A stretch of DNA of 64,000 nucleotides from a virus. The stretch covers positions 5,090 to 69,089 of IMG/VR virus record IMGVR_UViG_3300020442_002701; one strand, given 5' to 3'. The position numbers were made by a program, and so were the translations under genes. Every line of letters begins with the position of its first letter. Within the stretch, counting starts at the first letter, position 1. Below are positions 60,028 through 64,000 of this stretch, piece after piece. Under the pieces are notes generated by a model. That model was not told the DNA's origin, did not search any database, and saw only the letters and a list, made by a program, of their open reading frames with translations.

Positions 60028-60903
60028 TTATTTTCTTGCTTTTTTGGCTCTATTATGTAAAACTCTAAGGTTTTGCACGTATGTAGGACCTGCTGACACT
60101 ATATCGTCTACCATTTTAATTATAGGCATGTATCCCTTTAAGAATGTGCTTGGAATAGAATTACCAGACTGTGCTAGGTCTAAGAAACGTTTAGCGGCCA
60201 TTAAATTGCCTGTACCAACAAGTAATCTATAAAATTGCAATGCGGATTGTCCTGCACCTAAATCTGGTGTGCTTACAGTAGGTTCATTGTCTTTTACATC
60301 ACGAGTTTCTAATCCTCTATCTTTAACAAACTTTTCAAAGTCAGAAATAATATCACTAGATCTTAGTTTAGCTCTTACTGCAAATAATAATTTTGTTGTG
60401 GAATTTTCTCTTTCAATTTTGGTCAAACCACGTATGTTTGTAATTAATCTTCGTATATTCTTATAGTCTGTATTTTTAATATTCAGTGCATTTTCTAATT
60501 TAATAAAAAGTTCACTGACACTTGTTGGTTCTGCATTGTGTGATAGTTGTGTAAGATATCTGTTAACTGCCATAACAGGTAATCTCGTTTTAGAACGTAT
60601 ATCTTTTGCGGCTTCTGGATCTTTTAATTTTTCCATTGCTTCATCGTCGCCTGCTACAAAATATATAAAATTATGTAAGTCAGTGCTAAACATCCTAAAA
60701 ATATTATAATTGTTTCTATTAGTTGTGTTACTTGCATATCTTTTAACGATAGAGCTATACTTTGGGAAATGCCTCATTTGTTCTAGGCAAAGGAGTATCA
60801 AGTATAGTCGTTGACAACAATCAGTATAAGTCAATACTCTTGCGTTGTTGTCATCACGCAACATTCTTGCTTCGTAAATTTCTTCTTTTAGAAACTCCAT
60901 CAT
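60028..60903 (-). CDS. Hypothetical late protein
   Basis: 291-aa ORF. Confidence 0.72.
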   Translation of the reverse strand: MMEFLKEEIYEARMLRDDNNARVLTYTDCCQRLYLILLCLEQMRHFPKYSSIVKRYASNTTNRNNYNIFRMFSTDLHNFIYFVAGDDEAMEKLKDPEAAKDIRSKTRLPVMAVNRYLTQLSHNAEPTSVSELFIKLENALNIKNTDYKNIRRLITNIRGLTKIERENSTTKLLFAVRAKLRSSDIISDFEKFVKDRGLETRDVKDNEPTVSTPDLGAGQSALQFYRLLVGTGNLMAAKRFLDLAQSGNSIPSTFLKGYMPIIKMVDDIVSAGPTYVQNLRVLHNRAKKARK

Positions 60904-60917
60904 TTGATCAGTACCTT

Positions 60918-61457
60918 TTACTCAGGCATTCCAGATCTTTTATTTTGGATCGCCATTTTAGTTGTATCAGACATATATTTTTGAACATACAAATTCATCA
61001 TAGACTTGCCATCTGTTGTATCTAAAAATGGTACAAGCCCTACTTTTGTTTCAATGTCTTTACGAAATGCTTCTTTCTCTTCTCTGTCAGTAAAATTAAC
61101 AGTTTCACGCGATAACAATCTTTTTATATTCGCCGCTTGATCCATTGTGATTTTAATCTCAGAACCATCTTTTGTTGTGATTGTATCTATTGGGTTAGGA
61201 TTTGTTCTTGAATCTAATATCTTTGCTATTTGATTAATTAAAGAGAACTTATCACCTTTTGCATCTGGGTTATAAGCAGGTTCATCTCGGTCTAGTTCTT
61301 TACCATGGTCACCTAAACCTAAATCATCCATGTCTCCTTCTGCAATTTTTTCTAATCTATTGGCCAAATCTCTTATATCTTGGGCCACTGATTTCTTTTC
61401 CATTACTACTCCTTTATCGTTGTACGGCTCTATTTGCCGCTGTAAACCCGCCTTCAC
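60918..61457 (-). CDS. Hypothetical late protein (start likely MEKK at 61403)
   Basis: AAGGAG before MEKK. Confidence 0.68.
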   Translation of the reverse strand: MKAGLQRQIEPYNDKGVVMEKKSVAQDIRDLANRLEKIAEGDMDDLGLGDHGKELDRDEPAYNPDAKGDKFSLINQIAKILDSRTNPNPIDTITTKDGSEIKITMDQAANIKRLLSRETVNFTDREEKEAFRKDIETKVGLVPFLDTTDGKSMMNLYVQKYMSDTTKMAIQNKRSGMPE

Positions 61458-62655
61458 CTCTATTTACCAGCTTCATATCACCTGCGGGGTTTGTTAATAC
61501 GTAGCCTTCTCCGCCTCTATTTTTGCCTATAGTTGCTATTACATCTTGGTCGTGGTTATCAAATTGTTGTATAATATCATCTTTGACCGTGATTAAACCT
61601 TTCATAATTGCCCACATGCTTTCCCAGCCTTTTTTATTAGCTTTTACATGGTCTAACAATTTTTGTTGTTTCCTAGCACTAACTCCACTAGTTGGTAACC
61701 ATTTGAAAAAGTCTTCTCCTAAACTACTGAATCCTGTATCTACTTTTCCGTTAGTATACTTATATATAATTTTTGGTAAATCTTTCATTTGCATTTGTAT
61801 AAGATATGCTTCATCTAGTAGTTGATCTAAAGCAGGACCATCTCTTGAAATCATTTCTTTCATTTTGTTAATCTTGCTATCATCTATTTTGGCAGGCTTC
61901 TGCACTGACTGCGGCGGAAATACAAATACATCATCGCCGAGAAATACTTGATTTAAATCAGCTGTTACAGGAACTTCAGTACCTCTATCATCTAAAATTC
62001 TATGTACCACTACACCTGTTGTAGACGCTTTAATTTTTTGCCCTAAAGGTGAATCTTGTTTAACTTGGTATGTAACAATGTTAGGTGTGAACTCAAAATA
62101 ACCGTCATCATTGATAGGTGGGGTTGTATAGTATAATAAGTCACCTTTATAGTATCCTTCAAAGCCTTCTGGCAATGCTGTTTTATAGGCGTTAAATATA
62201 TTTTTCATATTGTTAGCAAAGCTGACGTAACCTGGATCACTTTTGTTTGCGCCACCTTTGCGATCCAAAAACATTGCTTTTAATTTTTCTGGACTTTTAG
62301 GCTTGCCATCATAACCTTTTGCTGTGAAACCTGATTTGTCTGTGAGTATAAATTCTCCTTGTTCATTGTTACCAAATATAATTGCAGGAGATCCATCCCA
62401 TTTGATTGTTGCATCTACATGTCCGCCTTTTTCTAAACTTCTTAAACCTTCTAAAGCTCTTGCTGCTCCTTTAGATCCTTCAAAATAAACAAGATCTTCA
62501 AGATGCTGTATGCGAGCTTCCATGCCCTCAGCTATGTTTTTCTTTGGTTTTTTACCTTTACCAAAAAGTTCTTTGCGTCTTTTAAAATCATTGACAACTT
62601 TATCTTTGACTTTCTGAACGACATTTTCGTTTATTTTAAATTCATGATATCTCAT
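61414..62655 (-). CDS. RNA/DNA ligase-superfamily nucleotidyltransferase-like protein
   Basis: IKWDG (I), YKGDLLY (III), GEGYV (IV), MKLVNR (V). Confidence 0.6.
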   Translation of the reverse strand: MRYHEFKINENVVQKVKDKVVNDFKRRKELFGKGKKPKKNIAEGMEARIQHLEDLVYFEGSKGAARALEGLRSLEKGGHVDATIKWDGSPAIIFGNNEQGEFILTDKSGFTAKGYDGKPKSPEKLKAMFLDRKGGANKSDPGYVSFANNMKNIFNAYKTALPEGFEGYYKGDLLYYTTPPINDDGYFEFTPNIVTYQVKQDSPLGQKIKASTTGVVVHRILDDRGTEVPVTADLNQVFLGDDVFVFPPQSVQKPAKIDDSKINKMKEMISRDGPALDQLLDEAYLIQMQMKDLPKIIYKYTNGKVDTGFSSLGEDFFKWLPTSGVSARKQQKLLDHVKANKKGWESMWAIMKGLITVKDDIIQQFDNHDQDVIATIGKNRGGEGYVLTNPAGDMKLVNRGEGGFTAANRAVQR

Positions 62656-64000
62656 TAGTCATCTCTTTTATTATATCAAAATAAAGTTTTGTTTCTTTTG
62701 TTGGTTGAAACTGTGTGCCATCCCAAGTACCGTCTTTGTTAGCGCCTTTGCCATAGTATGTAGTCTTACCGTTTACATCAACTTCTCCTGCTGGGTGTAC
62801 TAAGGTCATTGCTGCTCTTGCTTGTTTTTTAAGATCTCGTGCTTGTTGTTTTAATTTTTTATAACCTGGATCTTTTGTAAAGTCAAATCTCTTTGCATTA
62901 GGATTTTGTTTAGCATAGTTATCTGCGAATGCTCGCATCTGATTACGTTCAATATCTTTTGCTTGATCTTTTAGTTTTGTACTTTCATCATTGTCTGCAT
63001 ATTTAGATGCAAACCTAGTAGTACTACCTCCTCCTGACTGTGATACAGTTTTTGTAGTTCCACCCGTTCTAGTAACACTAGAAGTTGATGTACTATTACT
63101 AGTTGTGTTGCTCGTGCTTGTATTAGTGTTAACATTATCATCACCGTCAAGTGCTTTATCGAAATCATCATCACCGTCAAGTGCTTTATCGAAATCATCA
63201 TCTCCGTCTAGAGCTTTGTCAAAGTCATCATCGTTATCACCATCTAATGCTTTATCAAAGTCTGACTTTTGATTATTTGCTACTCTAGGATCCGAAGATA
63301 AGTCTTTAATTTTTTGTTGGTCTGCGGCATTTTGTTGTGCATATTTGTCATCTATTGCTTTTAATTCTGCGGGATAACTTGGATCGTCTGGGTCATCAGG
63401 CACGCCGTCATAATATTTACTATTAGGATCATCAAGTTGTGCTTGAACCCATTTACGTTTTTCATCTTCAGCCGCTCTACTACTACCTTGTATTTTTGCT
63501 TTCAAGTTTGCAACATCATTTTGCCTACCACTCACATCAGTGCCAAACCTTTTTTCATATTCTGCTCTTGATACAGGCTTCCCATCTAGTGTGTAAGTGC
63601 TTGCCGCACTTCCATCTTGAGCTTTAGTTGGAGTTTGGTCACCAGTTGGTGCTGTATTAGCTGTTGGTTCAGTAGTTGGTTCTGCATCAGTTGCAGGTGT
63701 GTTAGTAGTTTGTGATGCTGGCGGTTGTTTAGGAGCAGTTGTCTGTGCGGCAGGTGCTGTTGCTTTAGCATCTGCTGGTTGAGTATTAGCAGGTTGTGTT
63801 GTTTGCGGAGTAGTAGCCGCTGATTTAGGTTGATTGCCACCTGTTGGTGCGGCATTTGCCGGTGTAGCTGGTGCTTTTGGTTCAGCTGTTTGTGGTGCTG
63901 GTGCTGTTGCTGGCTTTGCATCTCCTGCTGGAGCAGTTGTAGCCGCTTGTGGTTTAGCACCGCCTGCATTTATTTTTGCAAGAGTTTGATCTCCTGCTTG
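62642..64000 (-). CDS. Large low-complexity protein, 5' end outside the window
   Basis: Frame continues upstream of 63535 (..DGSAASTYTLDGKPVSRAEYEKRFGTDVSGR) through an Ala/Pro/Thr-rich region. Confidence 0.7.
   Translation of the reverse strand, partial: QAGDQTLAKINAGGAKPQAATTAPAGDAKPATAPAPQTAEPKAPATPANAAPTGGNQPKSAATTPQTTQPANTQPADAKATAPAAQTTAPKQPPASQTTNTPATDAEPTTEPTANTAPTGDQTPTKAQDGSAASTYTLDGKPVSRAEYEKRFGTDVSGRQNDVANLKAKIQGSSRAAEDEKRKWVQAQLDDPNSKYYDGVPDDPDDPSYPAELKAIDDKYAQQNAADQQKIKDLSSDPRVANNQKSDFDKALDGDNDDDFDKALDGDDDFDKALDGDDDFDKALDGDDNVNTNTSTSNTTSNSTSTSSVTRTGGTTKTVSQSGGGSTTRFASKYADNDESTKLKDQAKDIERNQMRAFADNYAKQNPNAKRFDFTKDPGYKKLKQQARDLKKQARAAMTLVHPAGEVDVNGKTTYYGKGANKDGTWDGTQFQPTKETKLYFDIIKEMTNEIS
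63137..63262. repeat. About 4 copies of a 30-bp coding repeat (DFDKALDGDD)
   Basis: atcatcaccgtcaagtgctttatcgaaatc present twice exactly plus two diverged copies. Confidence 0.9.

Noticed and set aside
63137-63262. Possible CRISPR array
   Set aside because: Tandem in-frame coding repeat with no unique spacers; no array seen elsewhere
63586-63969. Gln/His-rich ORF
   Set aside because: Alternative frame of the Ala/Pro/Thr-rich gene extending past the window
1-64000. Stop-codon reassignment
   Set aside because: Conserved genes are full length in the standard code, all three stops are used and no suppressor tRNA is present

Overview
AT-rich segment of a large T4-like (jumbo) myophage genome, mostly coding on the minus strand. 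A marine alphaproteobacterial host is inferred from a permuted two-piece tmRNA with tag ANDNYAPEMALAA and a heme oxygenase plus PcyX-like bilin reductase pair. The window holds virion genes at both ends, nrdA/nrdB/glutaredoxin, DNA ligase, UvsE, and many auxiliary genes (kdsA, queD, guaC, speD, dadA, sod, clpP, clpS, Hsp20, ribosomal protein S21, IscA, NifU, several 2OG-Fe(II) oxygenases). It also has five tRNAs, sigma70-type promoters and TATAAATA-type late promoters. The standout is the 17.0-18.6 kb locus. A 21-codon leader peptide has 9 codons (ATA x5, CCA/CCG x3, TGG) read by the three tRNAs directly behind it (Trp, Ile-UAU, Pro-UGG), and it is coupled to a mutually exclusive antiterminator/terminator. 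This looks like a ribosome-sensing attenuator that switches on phage tRNAs when they are scarce. The same locus carries a long-variable-arm tRNA-Asn beside a catalytic-domain-only Asn/Asp-tRNA synthetase paralog, and a glutamine riboswitch. Two candidate -1 frameshifts at identical TCA-AAA-AAA-AAG sites and an oxygenase alpha subunit lacking its Rieske cluster ligands are also visible. All calls come from reading motifs by eye; no database searches were run.
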